Sequence record: SRR31156797_1333
Reading direction: 5' to 3' (one strand)
DNA: 52,241 nucleotides
The position numbers were made by a program, and so were the translations under genes. A model generated the notes under the pieces. The model worked only from the letters and a program-made list of their open reading frames with translations. It did no database searches and had not been told where the DNA came from. Below are positions 18,442 through 28,180 of this stretch, piece after piece. Each line of letters begins with the position of its first letter. Within the stretch, counting starts at the first letter, position 1.

Positions 18442-21150
18442 TTAATTGTTTAGATATCCCTTGCCATTACTCATCATCCTTTGTAATTTCAATTGGTTTT
18501 TCAAATTTACTTCACCATCATCAGGACGTAATAGTAACTCAAAATGTTCCGGAAGGTCGATTACTTTACCCAATTCTGCTTGTATCCCTTCTATTACATC
18601 AGGTTTTTGTGCCAATTTTAAAGAACTATCCGTAAAATATAGAATTAGTTTAGAACTTTTAATTTCTTGTAAACTACTTTGCTTTAAAAACCTTGCTCCA
18701 AAAAGATTTTCTCGATCAAATCGATTTAAAACTTCTTGCCAGTTTTCTTCAAGCTGTTTCCATGGCATTTTTGCTTGTGGTTTATTTTGATATTGAGCCA
18801 ATCCGTCAATTTGAATATTTGCCGGCAACGGAACCTCTTTGTAAAAGGAACGAAGTGCCCATAGTATCAAATGTTTATTAATTCTATGATCGCCAACACA
18901 GGCAGGACATCCGTTTTGACAAGCGCAATTTTTCAGTAGATTTCCAGCATTTTGAATAATCTCATTTAAAAATTCGTATGCTTTCTCCGAGAAACCTAAT
19001 CCGCCCGGATACTCATCAAATAGAATGATAGCATGCTTATGCTGGTGTGATTTAGGATGAGCAAAACCAAAAACATCACCACCCAAATCGGAATAGGTTG
19101 CCATAACTCGCATAGAGGCTGCAGCTTTTAAACAGTGCACCAATCCTTCGGTATAATCGAATCGAGGAATGCTTTTATCATCTGGCATTTTTTTTTGAGG
19201 CTCTAAACTAGGCGCTTTACCCGTAGCAACAAATATATGAACAACATTATCAGGTATTTGAATCCAGCAAGCTTCCGTTTCCATTTGTGTTTGTAGAATC
19301 TGATTCAATCCTTCATATCCTAAATTTTGATGAGAATTGAATTGTACCATCTTGTATCCTGAAACTAAAACGCTAACACGAACATCTCCAAAACATGAAT
19401 AGATTCTGTGTTTCTCATTTTGTTCATGCTCCATTAAAATGTCAATTGTTCCTGGTTTATGTGGTTCTGTGTAATAATTAGAATCCACCTCTTTAACCCA
19501 GGCAGTTTTGCTTTCCAAATCTAAATCCAAACTTTTATATTGTATGCTGTCATGTAGATAAATGGCTCCCGAATAGAATTCCTTTTTTGCCTGAACTAAA
19601 TCAACCGTTGTAATGGTTTTTTCTTTTTCGCGATCAACAATTTTAATGGTATCGCTGGTAATATTTCTTAGACTGATTTCATGAGCAGGCGATATCTGAC
19701 CACTCCATTGGTATTGGGCATTGTGTTCACTTATTTCACCTTCTTTTTGTAAGAGAGGAATAATTTCTCCCAAGTCAGGAAAGCTTGCAATATCATCAAT
19801 ACTTAGTGGTAATTCTGCAGAAGCAGCACGAATGTGAGCCAATTGTATGTACAAATTGTTTTTGTCGATTACTGCATTTTCAGATTCCGATTCCAACAAC
19901 CATTTAGGATTCATTCCTACATATTGGTCCATAGGTTTTTCCTTCAGCATGAGAACAGCATGAGCTTTGTTGCCATTTCGTCCTGCTCGTCCCAATTGCT
20001 GCCAAAAACTCGCACGTGTTCCAGGGAATCCACCCATAACAACCATATCTAAAGCTCCAATATCAATACCCAATTCTAATGCGGATGTAGAAACAACGCC
20101 ATAGATTTTTCCATCCACCAAATCTTTTTCAATTTTTGCACGTTCCAAAGGAGTATATCCGCCACGGTAAGCCGATATTTTATCAGATAAATCGGGACCT
20201 AACTTTAAAGGATCCTGAGCCAATATATCTCTACATTCCTTGGTGACTACTTCGGTTTCTCTACGCGACATACAGAATGTAATTACACGCGTACAATTTT
20301 CGATTAAATCGGGTAAAAAACCTTTTAATTCTTCTGTAACCGATCTTTTTCGTTGTGCTTCTTTGATGTATTCAGGTTGCCAAAAATGAATCTCTTTTTC
20401 GGGAGCTGGAGAACCATCTTTTTCAATTAGTTCAAAAGGTTGGTGACAAATGTTTTCAGCTAGTTCAGCTGGGTTTGCAATAGTTGCAGAACTGCACAAA
20501 AAACGAGGTGTATTGCCATGATAATTGCAAATACGCAATAAACGCCTCATTACATTAGATACGTGCGACCCAAAGGCTCCTCTGTAGGCATGTAATTCAT
20601 CAATTACTATAAAATCTAAATTGGCAAATAGGTGAGGAAAACCATAACGATTGTGATTAGGTAGAAAAGTAGCATTTATCATATCGGGATTGGTGAGAAT
20701 GATATTAGCCTCTTCACGAATTTTCGATCTTTCGGACGCAGGAGTGTCACCATCGTAAATGCCTGCTTGAATGCGATGCTTACCAAAATATTCCACAAAC
20801 TCAACGATATTGCGAAGTTGATCTTTAGTTAATGCTTTAGTAGGATAAATAAATAGAGCTCTTCTGCTTGGATTTTCCAGTATTCGCTGAATTACTGGAA
20901 GGTAAAATGATAAGGATTTACCACTTGCAGTTCCAGTGGTTATTACTACAGATTTACCCTGAATTGCCCGTTTGTACATTTCAGCCTGATGAGAATACAA
21001 TTGCTCGTAGCCCATTTGGCGAATACATTCCTTCAGTTCTGGATTCATTTCTTCCGGTATCGCAGCGAAAGAGGCTTTACGAGCAGGTAATATTTTTGAT
21101 GATAGTATTCGGTTGGTATAGTTTGCTAATATTTCCTGTATTTTCTGCAT
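18442..21150 (-). CDS. MrfA/YprA/Hrq1-like SF2 DEAD/DEAH helicase with DUF1998 zinc domain and extra C-terminal domain
   Basis: LYSHQ, TGTASGKS, DELH, SATIANP, ALELGIDIG, QQLGRAGR, PGGLG, CACQNGCPAC. Start set at ATG 21150, downstream of -7 box TACCTTTG (21170-21177). Confidence 0.92.
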   Translation of the reverse strand: MQKIQEILANYTNRILSSKILPARKASFAAIPEEMNPELKECIRQMGYEQLYSHQAEMYKRAIQGKSVVITTGTASGKSLSFYLPVIQRILENPSRRALFIYPTKALTKDQLRNIVEFVEYFGKHRIQAGIYDGDTPASERSKIREEANIILTNPDMINATFLPNHNRYGFPHLFANLDFIVIDELHAYRGAFGSHVSNVMRRLLRICNYHGNTPRFLCSSATIANPAELAENICHQPFELIEKDGSPAPEKEIHFWQPEYIKEAQRKRSVTEELKGFLPDLIENCTRVITFCMSRRETEVVTKECRDILAQDPLKLGPDLSDKISAYRGGYTPLERAKIEKDLVDGKIYGVVSTSALELGIDIGALDMVVMGGFPGTRASFWQQLGRAGRNGNKAHAVLMLKEKPMDQYVGMNPKWLLESESENAVIDKNNLYIQLAHIRAASAELPLSIDDIASFPDLGEIIPLLQKEGEISEHNAQYQWSGQISPAHEISLRNITSDTIKIVDREKEKTITTVDLVQAKKEFYSGAIYLHDSIQYKSLDLDLESKTAWVKEVDSNYYTEPHKPGTIDILMEHEQNEKHRIYSCFGDVRVSVLVSGYKMVQFNSHQNLGYEGLNQILQTQMETEACWIQIPDNVVHIFVATGKAPSLEPQKKMPDDKSIPRFDYTEGLVHCLKAAASMRVMATYSDLGGDVFGFAHPKSHQHKHAIILFDEYPGGLGFSEKAYEFLNEIIQNAGNLLKNCACQNGCPACVGDHRINKHLILWALRSFYKEVPLPANIQIDGLAQYQNKPQAKMPWKQLEENWQEVLNRFDRENLFGARFLKQSSLQEIKSSKLILYFTDSSLKLAQKPDVIEGIQAELGKVIDLPEHFELLLRPDDGEVNLKNQLKLQRMMSNGKGYLNN

Positions 21151-21408
21151 AATTAAAAATGTGAATTTACAAAGGTAATCCAATTGAACTGTTGTTGAGA
21201 ATTTCACCCAAGAAATTCGTACATCAAGAACTAATTATTAATTTTGATAAACGCTATGCTCTAAGAATTGGTACTTAAAAGCGGTCACTTTGTATTGTAT
21301 TAAATAAGACAAAAGTCTATTAATGCGGAGGTTTTAATCAATTTGATTTTATGTAGTTTCATTTCAAAATCTATCCATAGGGTGTATTGAATATATAAAT
21401 ATTTTATT

Positions 21409-22635
21409 ATGAATTATTCAAATCGACTGTTGAAATTAAAAGAGGCATTTATCCAAAGAGAGTTAAAAACTGAAGTAAATGATTTGGAGTTACATTGCCT
21501 TAGTTTTCATTCAACTGCTCATGATATTTTACCTGGCAGGTTAGAATATCATTGTGCAAAGCATTTGCTGGATTTTAAGGAAAGTATATTACAATATAAT
21601 GACATTGGTTCGATACAAAATGACGTACATATAGAAGATACAGTTGTTGAAGAAAATCAAAATTTTACATATAATATTCTAAAGCCCAAAGGGAATAGTC
21701 TTGTCAAAAAAGTCACATTTGTTTTTCATGGATTCAATGAAAAAACTTGGGATAAGTATATACCATGGGGGCAGGAGATTTGTGAAAGAACTCAAAGTGC
21801 GGTTGTTTTCTTCCCTATAGCTTTTCACATGCAGCGAGCACCGAAGTATTGGAGTGATAAAAAAGCTATGTTTGAATTGAGTAAAAACCGAAGAAATCGA
21901 TTTCCAAATATTATTGGTTCATCCTTATCAAATGTAGCTATTAGCATGCGTCTTCATTCTATGCCACAAAGATTTATTTGGTCGGGCTTACAAACATATT
22001 ACGATATTATTCAATTTATTGAGGAATGCAAAGATGGTAAACATGAATTAATTGATAAGGATTTTTCTTTTAATATTTTTGCTTATTCTATAGGTGGATT
22101 ACTTGCTGAGATTTTGAAATTGTCGAATTATAAAAATTATTTTAAAGGAGTAAAATTGTGTTTATTTTGTAGTGGAGCTGTTTTTAATCGATTATCGCCA
22201 GTATCCAAATTTATTTTGGATTCTGAGGCAAATGTCGCCTTATATTCTTATTTAGTCGAGCATTTTAATAGTTTTTTAAAGAAAGATGGTCTTTTACGCC
22301 ATTATATTGAAGAGGATCATTTGGAAGGAAAAGTTTTCCATGCAATGTTAGAATATAATCGGATGAGAGATTTTAGAGAAGCTCAGTTTGGGAAAGTGGA
22401 AAATGAGGTTTATGCTTTAGCGTTAAAAGCAGATACTGTTTTCCCTTCTTATGAAATAGAAAATACTTTAAAGGGAGCCTCTAGAAAGATTAATATTAAG
22501 GTTGAGGAGATTGATTTTGATTATGATTACACACATGAAAATCCTTTTCCGATTTCTAAAGTTGATTCAGAAAAGGTGATGGATAGTTTAAATCTTGTGT
22601 TTGAAAAGGTAGCTGATTTTTTTAATGAAAGTTAA
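21409..22635 (+). CDS. DUF6051-like alpha/beta-hydrolase-fold protein
   Basis: FHGFNEKTWDKY, FPIAFHMQRAP, AYSIGG nucleophile elbow, YTHENPFP. Confidence 0.75.
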   Translation: MNYSNRLLKLKEAFIQRELKTEVNDLELHCLSFHSTAHDILPGRLEYHCAKHLLDFKESILQYNDIGSIQNDVHIEDTVVEENQNFTYNILKPKGNSLVKKVTFVFHGFNEKTWDKYIPWGQEICERTQSAVVFFPIAFHMQRAPKYWSDKKAMFELSKNRRNRFPNIIGSSLSNVAISMRLHSMPQRFIWSGLQTYYDIIQFIEECKDGKHELIDKDFSFNIFAYSIGGLLAEILKLSNYKNYFKGVKLCLFCSGAVFNRLSPVSKFILDSEANVALYSYLVEHFNSFLKKDGLLRHYIEEDHLEGKVFHAMLEYNRMRDFREAQFGKVENEVYALALKADTVFPSYEIENTLKGASRKINIKVEEIDFDYDYTHENPFPISKVDSEKVMDSLNLVFEKVADFFNES

Positions 22636-22705
22636 TTGTGAATTAGCGAGTTAGATGCTGTAAAACAATAGATTGGTGTGTTTGTTTTGTTATTTATTAA
22701 AGCAT

Positions 22706-22933
22706 GTATCTACTGATATTATTGGATTTGTAAACTGTTGTGTTTGATCTGGTAAAAATTCGGTTCCAAGAGTACAAATGATGATTGAAAGAGGAGCAGA
22801 TATTATTGCAATGGCTTCGTGTACCCAAAAGGGAAATCCAATTGGTTATGTATGTTCGCATTTTGAAACAATGAGAAATGCTTTTAAAAAACTAATAAAA
22901 GATAAGGGGTAACTACTTGACTGGACATATTAA
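22706..22933 (+). pseudogene. Decayed CGGC-domain protein gene (5' part missing, two in-frame stops)
   Basis: Translates as VSTDIIGFVNCCV*SGKNSVPRVQMMIERGADIIAMASCTQKGNPIGYVCSHFETMRNAFKKLIKDKG*LLDWTY*, matching the recalled CGGC-family pattern IVGFVSCGGCPGK...RA.MM..RGA..I..ASC..KG.PIG..CPHF...DWTH. Stops at 22745-22747 (TGA) and 22910-22912 (TAA). Confidence 0.75.
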
Positions 22934-23105
22934 TTGATGCTTTTATTGTTTACTATATGGAATTTCTATATATTTATAACATAATTTATAGAAATTGATC
23001 GTTATGAAACGAACATGCAAATTTGATTATCCAGATTGATACAAAGAAGGATGATTAAATTTATTTGTGAGTTCCATGTGATCATTGAAAGAAAAATCTA
23101 GACAC

Positions 23106-23444
23106 ATGAAAGCAATATTTAGTCTTTTGTCACTTCTAATATTTGCAACAAGCCTTATGGGGCAAGTGAAATTTGAAGATGATTATCTGAAAAATTGGGA
23201 ACAATTCAAAAAAGAAAATGCACCTTTCAATAAACAACAGAAGCAAGTTGTTTTGTATGATATAGAAGATGATGCTAAGGAAATTAAATTGGGTGACTTA
23301 AGTTATAAAAGGGAGTCACTTACCGTTGGACAAGAAATAATTGGAGTTGCTCTACATGTAACTGCAGCTATTAGAGAAAACCAACTTTATAAAAATAAAA
23401 TTTGGAAAGATCCTGCAAAATATTTTGTGGAAGGATATTATTAA
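23106..23444 (+). CDS. Hypothetical secreted protein
   Basis: Signal peptide MKAIFSLLSLLIFATSLMGQ. Confidence 0.7.
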   Translation: MKAIFSLLSLLIFATSLMGQVKFEDDYLKNWEQFKKENAPFNKQQKQVVLYDIEDDAKEIKLGDLSYKRESLTVGQEIIGVALHVTAAIRENQLYKNKIWKDPAKYFVEGYY

Positions 23445-23485
23445 ATGAATAGAATGGCATTGGTAAAATAATTTTACCTTTGTTT

Positions 23486-23570
23486 CACCGTTAGGGGTGC
23501 TTGAATCATTATTCAGGCTGAGATTTTACCCTTTACCTGATCTGCATAATTGTAGCGTAGGGAAACGATT
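23486..23570 (+). ncRNA. TPP riboswitch
   Basis: GGGGTGC...GGCTGAGA...ACCC..ACCTGATC..TAAT...GCGTAGGGAA signature upstream of thiD, directly after -7 box TACCTTTG (23475-23482). Confidence 0.92.
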
Positions 23571-23600
23571 CATCTGATAGAATAAATATAATATAGATTG

Positions 23601-23632
23601 AACCGTTTCGTTTTGTACGAAGCGGTTTTTTT
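23601..23632 (+). terminator. Terminator forming the riboswitch expression platform
   Basis: AACCGTTTCGT-loop-ACGAAGCGGTT followed by a T-tract, between aptamer and thiD. Confidence 0.82.
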
Positions 23633-23678
23633 ATGCTAAAATTTAAGTGTGAATTGTCTAATAATAAATAACTATTAA

Positions 23679-23692
23679 CACACACACACACA
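23679..23692. repeat. (CA)7 microsatellite in the thiD leader
   Basis: CACACACACACACA read directly. Confidence 0.85.
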
Positions 23693-23750
23693 AGATGGAT
23701 TAGTAACGTATGGTAAGTGACAGCTGACTGTAGCATGAAAAAATAAAGAA

Positions 23751-24560
23751 ATGAAAAAATACAAGAAAGTTCTAAGTATTGCAGGAAGTGATTCTGGAGG
23801 CGGCGCCGGAATTCAGGCTGATATTAAAACCATTTCGGCTTGTGGATGTTTTGCTACTACGGTAATTACAGCTATAACTGTTCAGAATACCTTAGGCGTA
23901 AGTAATGTATTTCCAATTCCAGGAAATATTTTAGAAGAACAAATTCATTCAGTTTTATCTGATATTGGAGCCGACGCAATAAAAATAGGGATGTTGCATT
24001 CTTCGGATATAATTCATAGAGTAAGTAAAATGCTTAGCAAGTATGAAATTCGAAATGTAGTTCTTGATCCGGTAATGCTTGCCACATCAGGTGATGTATT
24101 GTTAAAAAACGAGGCAATAAATGCCTTGAAAAACGATTTAATTCCTAAAGTAAGAGTGATAACTCCAAATATTCCTGAAGTTGAAGTGTTGAGTGGTTCG
24201 AAGATAAAATCGCACGCTGATGTTTTGAACTGTGCAAAAGAACTAGCTAATGAATACAAGGTATCTGTTTTACTGAAAGCTGGACATATGAATAGTTCTG
24301 AGTTAATCGATGTATTCTACGATTTTGAAAATCAAGAGAGATTGGAAATGAAATCTAACAAAATAGATACAGTAAATACTCACGGAACAGGTTGTACCAT
24401 GTCATCTGCTTTTGCCGCTTTTTTAGCAAGGGGATATGATTTGCAATCAGCAGCTTTACAAGCAAAAAGATATATTAATGAAGCAATAAAAGCTGGTGCT
24501 GATTATGAAATAGGACAAGGACACGGAGCAGTAAAACATTTTTATAAGTTTTGGGAATAA
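23751..24560 (+). CDS. thiD: Hydroxymethylpyrimidine/phosphomethylpyrimidine kinase
   Basis: SIAGSDSGGGAGIQADIK, KIGML, LDPVM, TPNIPE, NTHGTGC; under a TPP riboswitch. Confidence 0.95.
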   Translation: MKKYKKVLSIAGSDSGGGAGIQADIKTISACGCFATTVITAITVQNTLGVSNVFPIPGNILEEQIHSVLSDIGADAIKIGMLHSSDIIHRVSKMLSKYEIRNVVLDPVMLATSGDVLLKNEAINALKNDLIPKVRVITPNIPEVEVLSGSKIKSHADVLNCAKELANEYKVSVLLKAGHMNSSELIDVFYDFENQERLEMKSNKIDTVNTHGTGCTMSSAFAAFLARGYDLQSAALQAKRYINEAIKAGADYEIGQGHGAVKHFYKFWE

Positions 24561-24624
24561 TCAGTTTATTCTGATAATTAATTAACTTTTGGGTATCTTT
24601 TCAGTCCATATTAATGAGAATTCT

Positions 24625-25191
24625 ATGAAACTAACTATTGATAATACAACGGCTCTTCTTTTGATCGATCTTCAGCAAGGATTCGAGGATATTGAATATT
24701 GGGGTGGTGGGAGAAACAATGTTGATGCAGAGGATAATGCTGCCAAATTATTGGAAATTTGGAGATTGAAAAGTTTGCCTTTGTATCACGTACAACATTG
24801 TTCAACAACTCCTGAATCACTTTTAGCACCCGGCAATCCCGGCAATGAATTTTTGGAGTTGACTCAGCCAAAGGTTGGAGAACCAATCATTAAAAAGAAT
24901 GTAAATTCTGCATTTATTGGAACGAATTTGAAACAGCAACTCGATGACAAAGGGATAAAGAGGTTGGTGATTGTAGGTTTAACAACAGACCACTGCATTT
25001 CAACCACAACAAGAATGGCTGGTAATTTTGGATACGAAACTTACTTGATTGAAGATGCCATCGCAACTTTTGATAAAGTAGGAGTGAATGGTGAAAAATA
25101 TGCAGCACAATTGATTCATGATACTGCTTTGGCAAGTTTACATGAAGAGTTTGCAACGGTTATCTCATTAAAGAACTTACTTCCCAAATAG
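24625..25191 (+). CDS. Isochorismatase-family cysteine hydrolase
   Basis: [27 protein letters not shown]. Confidence 0.9.
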   Translation: MKLTIDNTTALLLIDLQQGFEDIEYWGGGRNNVDAEDNAAKLLEIWRLKSLPLYHVQHCSTTPESLLAPGNPGNEFLELTQPKVGEPIIKKNVNSAFIGTNLKQQLDDKGIKRLVIVGLTTDHCISTTTRMAGNFGYETYLIEDAIATFDKVGVNGEKYAAQLIHDTALASLHEEFATVISLKNLLPK

Positions 25192-25224
25192 AGGTGAATT
25201 AAATTGTTATTTTTATAAGGTTTT

Positions 25225-25416
25225 TCATTTTAAAAACCTGTTCTTCAGTTCATTTTTTTCAGTCTTTATGTCACTTTTGAGCAATTCTCCTAGCTTTTTA
25301 GTAATTCCCTGTACTTTTGTATGACTTTTTGTCGCTGTTTTGTGTTTTCCCCGGCTTTTGCCTTTTCCCTCCATTCTTGTCTGATTTTCTCTTACTTGGG
25401 AAGGATTTCCCTTCAC
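25225..25416 (-). CDS. Small basic hypothetical ORF (start uncertain)
   Basis: Fills the gap downstream of the LytTR gene; GTG start, with an ATG at 25447 one base out of frame. Confidence 0.3.
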   Translation of the reverse strand: MKGNPSQVRENQTRMEGKGKSRGKHKTATKSHTKVQGITKKLGELLKSDIKTEKNELKNRFLK

Positions 25417-25541
25417 TTTTAGAGTATTTTTCTTACTTGTATTCCATTTTATTGTTCTAGGATGATTTTAAATATCTCTTATACTTTACATAAAAGTTTC
25501 ATTTGCAATTATTTTAGAAATGTTTCAAATTAGACGGTGAT

Positions 25542-26306
25542 TTAAAAATTCATTAAACCTTTTATTTGATCATGGTAATTTTTTCCGCTGGTAATTTTTG
25601 TTTTTTGTAAATCGTTAAGAATTAAGATATATCTGCCTGCCAAATATCGTTTGATTTCTTTTATAGAATTGATATTTACGATACATGATCTATGTACACG
25701 TAAAAAGTTATCATCTAATTTTTCCGAAAGATAATTTAAGCTGTGATCAACAATGAACTTCTTACCATTACTATTGTGAATACTCACATATTTATCTTCA
25801 GCCTTAAAATAAATGATATCTTCTACTGCCACAAAAGTAACTCGATCTCCTAATTTTACTGGAATTGAACTGATTTCTTTTTTAGTTATTGAATGAATCT
25901 GTTTCGCTAGTATATTTTCAAGATCGTTTAAATTATTGTCCTTTTTGATAAGGTGTAATTTATTTATGGCTTTTTGTAATCTCTCTTTTTTTATAGGTTT
26001 TAGAAGATAATCGATACTTGCAGTTTCGAAAGCTAAGAGGGCATATTCATCGTGAGCAGTACAAAATATAATTAATGGTTGATGTTGCAATTCCTTTAGA
26101 ATATCAAAGCCTGATTTTTCAGGCATTTGAATATCTAAGAAAATTAAATCAGGCTGTAAACAATTAATCATTTCAATGGCTTGATTGCCATTGGCGGCTT
26201 CGCCAATAATTTCAATTTTATTGCTATGTGGAACCAACAAGTTGATTAAACGCTGTCTTGCCAGTTGCTCATCATCAATAATTATAGCGTTGTATTTAGT
26301 TTTCAT
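25542..26306 (-). CDS. LytR/AlgR family response regulator
   Basis: IIDDE, FLDIQMP, TAH, DYLLKP receiver; FLRVHRS.IVN LytTR domain. Confidence 0.95.
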   Translation of the reverse strand: MKTKYNAIIIDDEQLARQRLINLLVPHSNKIEIIGEAANGNQAIEMINCLQPDLIFLDIQMPEKSGFDILKELQHQPLIIFCTAHDEYALLAFETASIDYLLKPIKKERLQKAINKLHLIKKDNNLNDLENILAKQIHSITKKEISSIPVKLGDRVTFVAVEDIIYFKAEDKYVSIHNSNGKKFIVDHSLNYLSEKLDDNFLRVHRSCIVNINSIKEIKRYLAGRYILILNDLQKTKITSGKNYHDQIKGLMNF

Positions 26307-28086
26307 GTTGTAAAGGTTTTTGTGAAATAGGCAAACTTAGGCAGATGTTTTTATCAGGATGATTTTGCCATGTAATTTTAGCAGATTTCCCGTAGATCAG
26401 TTCAAGTTTTTCATATAAACTTTGCAACCCGTATCCTGAAATTGGTGTGTTAGGGAAGTCAGGACCATTATCATGAACTCGAATATTCAATTGATCTGAC
26501 AGCTTTCTGATTTCCAGTTTAATTACTCCTTTATCCTGTATTTCTGAAATACCGTGCTTAATTGAGTTTTCTATTAGAGGTTGAATTAAGAAGCGTGGCA
26601 CTAATTTATTAAGTATAGAATCATCTATCTCAATATGAAACTCTAAATTTTCACCAAAACGTACTTTTTCAATTTGTAAATAGGTTTGTACAATTTCAAC
26701 TTCCTTTTCTATCTCAATCATATCCTGATTTTTGTGATTAATTGCATATCTAAAGAAATCGGATAGAGCCAAAGCCATTTCTTCTGTTTTTGCAGGATTG
26801 ATATGAGTTAGGGTAGCAATTGAGTTTAACGAATTGTAAAGAAAATGAGGATTAATTCTTGAATGTAATGATTGTAATTCAGCTTTTGTTTTTAACAATT
26901 TCAACTTCGATAATTCCATATCTCGAACTCTTATTTCCTGAATGTTTTTGAAGTTTGAAAAATTGAAGATTAATCTAAAACAAACAGCTAAAACTAAAAT
27001 GGTTATTTGTTCAAAATTTAAGTGCCATTGCCAATATATTTTACCAGAATGAACAAAAGTAATAATGTGAGAATATGAAATGAAGAATAAATAGATGAGA
27101 AGGCTTGTTGAAATTGCCTGAAGAATAAGTCTGTAGAATATATTTCTATTTGAAAATTTACTCTCAATTAGATGAAGACAAAATAATTCAACTATTAATA
27201 GAATTTCAGCACATAAGAATATTTTAAAAATATTTAACTGAGTAATATATCTGAATGATGAAAAACTTTGAGATATTAGAAAGAAGAATAGGATTAAATT
27301 AATGGTTAATAATCCTTGTTTTACAAATACTATCCGGTTAGAGGTTTCGGTATTAATAATTCCGGATCTAAGAAGTAGAAGAAATGAGAGAAATCCTAGA
27401 ATAATTGCGATAATTTTGAAATAAAATCTAATATTATTGCCATAACTGTAATAGTAGTAATCTAATTTTGATCCTGTGTAATTAGACTTGAATTTGTCGT
27501 AAAAATCTATAGAATAAAGATTGCTGATTAGAAATTTATCAGTGTCTGTAAATTCGGATTCAATTGCATTATCTACGTCAAAAATACTAGGTGGCATTCC
27601 AGTATCACCATTAGGGTTATGCTGTTTTTCGGATAAAGACCGGATTAAATAGTAGTTTATGCATGTGTTTCGTTCATTCTGAGAATAACCGTCAAGAGAG
27701 AATTGATATTCTTGTGAGGTAATGGTGCCATTTTTCTGTAGACCATAAAAATTGTGGATTATATTTCCAGCAGGTCCATCGATGAGTGTTAAAACAATAT
27801 TTGAAGAAGAGTCGGAAAGTTCAATATTTACAGTACTTAAGAGAGACTTTAAATTCACTACACTCTTTCTAATAAATATAGAGTCTTTATGAGTAAAATT
27901 GCCTTTAAGTTTTACTCTAATATCTTTTTTAAATCGATAAGCTTTGGCATTAGGTGGTAAAATTTTGGCACGGATAAAATTCCAGTATGTATGTTCCATA
28001 TTTGGGGGAATATTATTTGATTGTCCAAATAGTAAAACTGGTGCTAAGTTGGTTATTAAAAATATAACTACTAATAATTTTCTCAT
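26296..28086 (-). CDS. LytS-type sensor histidine kinase with extracytoplasmic N-terminal domain and multiple TMs
   Basis: LHSRINPHFLYNSLN, YLQIEKVRF, QPLIENSIKHG, DNGP, GYGL; signal peptide. Confidence 0.93.
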   Translation of the reverse strand: MRKLLVVIFLITNLAPVLLFGQSNNIPPNMEHTYWNFIRAKILPPNAKAYRFKKDIRVKLKGNFTHKDSIFIRKSVVNLKSLLSTVNIELSDSSSNIVLTLIDGPAGNIIHNFYGLQKNGTITSQEYQFSLDGYSQNERNTCINYYLIRSLSEKQHNPNGDTGMPPSIFDVDNAIESEFTDTDKFLISNLYSIDFYDKFKSNYTGSKLDYYYYSYGNNIRFYFKIIAIILGFLSFLLLLRSGIINTETSNRIVFVKQGLLTINLILFFFLISQSFSSFRYITQLNIFKIFLCAEILLIVELFCLHLIESKFSNRNIFYRLILQAISTSLLIYLFFISYSHIITFVHSGKIYWQWHLNFEQITILVLAVCFRLIFNFSNFKNIQEIRVRDMELSKLKLLKTKAELQSLHSRINPHFLYNSLNSIATLTHINPAKTEEMALALSDFFRYAINHKNQDMIEIEKEVEIVQTYLQIEKVRFGENLEFHIEIDDSILNKLVPRFLIQPLIENSIKHGISEIQDKGVIKLEIRKLSDQLNIRVHDNGPDFPNTPISGYGLQSLYEKLELIYGKSAKITWQNHPDKNICLSLPISQKPLQHEN

Positions 28087-28149
28087 AATTTATTGTTTTA
28101 AAAGTTTCAAGATTAAAGAAACTTTTAGAAGACTAAAACTACAAGATAA

Positions 28150-28180
28150 ATCGGACAAAGTATATGCTTTGTCCGATAAA
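28150..28180. promoter_or_regulatory. Overlapping 11-bp inverted repeat and 21-bp-period direct repeat upstream of the kinase (terminator and/or LytTR site)
   Basis: ATCGGACAAAG-N6-CTTTGTCCGAT; TCGGACAAA (28151) and TCCGATAAA (28172). Confidence 0.55.

Noticed and set aside
16135..21150. Calling the helicase pair DISARM or Druantia
   Set aside because: No methyltransferase, PLD nuclease, SNF2 or other partner genes; the helicase has the single-chain MrfA/YprA layout.
22736..22760. Selenocysteine read-through of the TGA at the last Cys position of the CGGC-like motif
   Set aside because: The frame also has a TAA stop, lacks a start and 5' region, the GG of the motif is mutated, and no convincing SECIS hairpin follows; decay is simpler.
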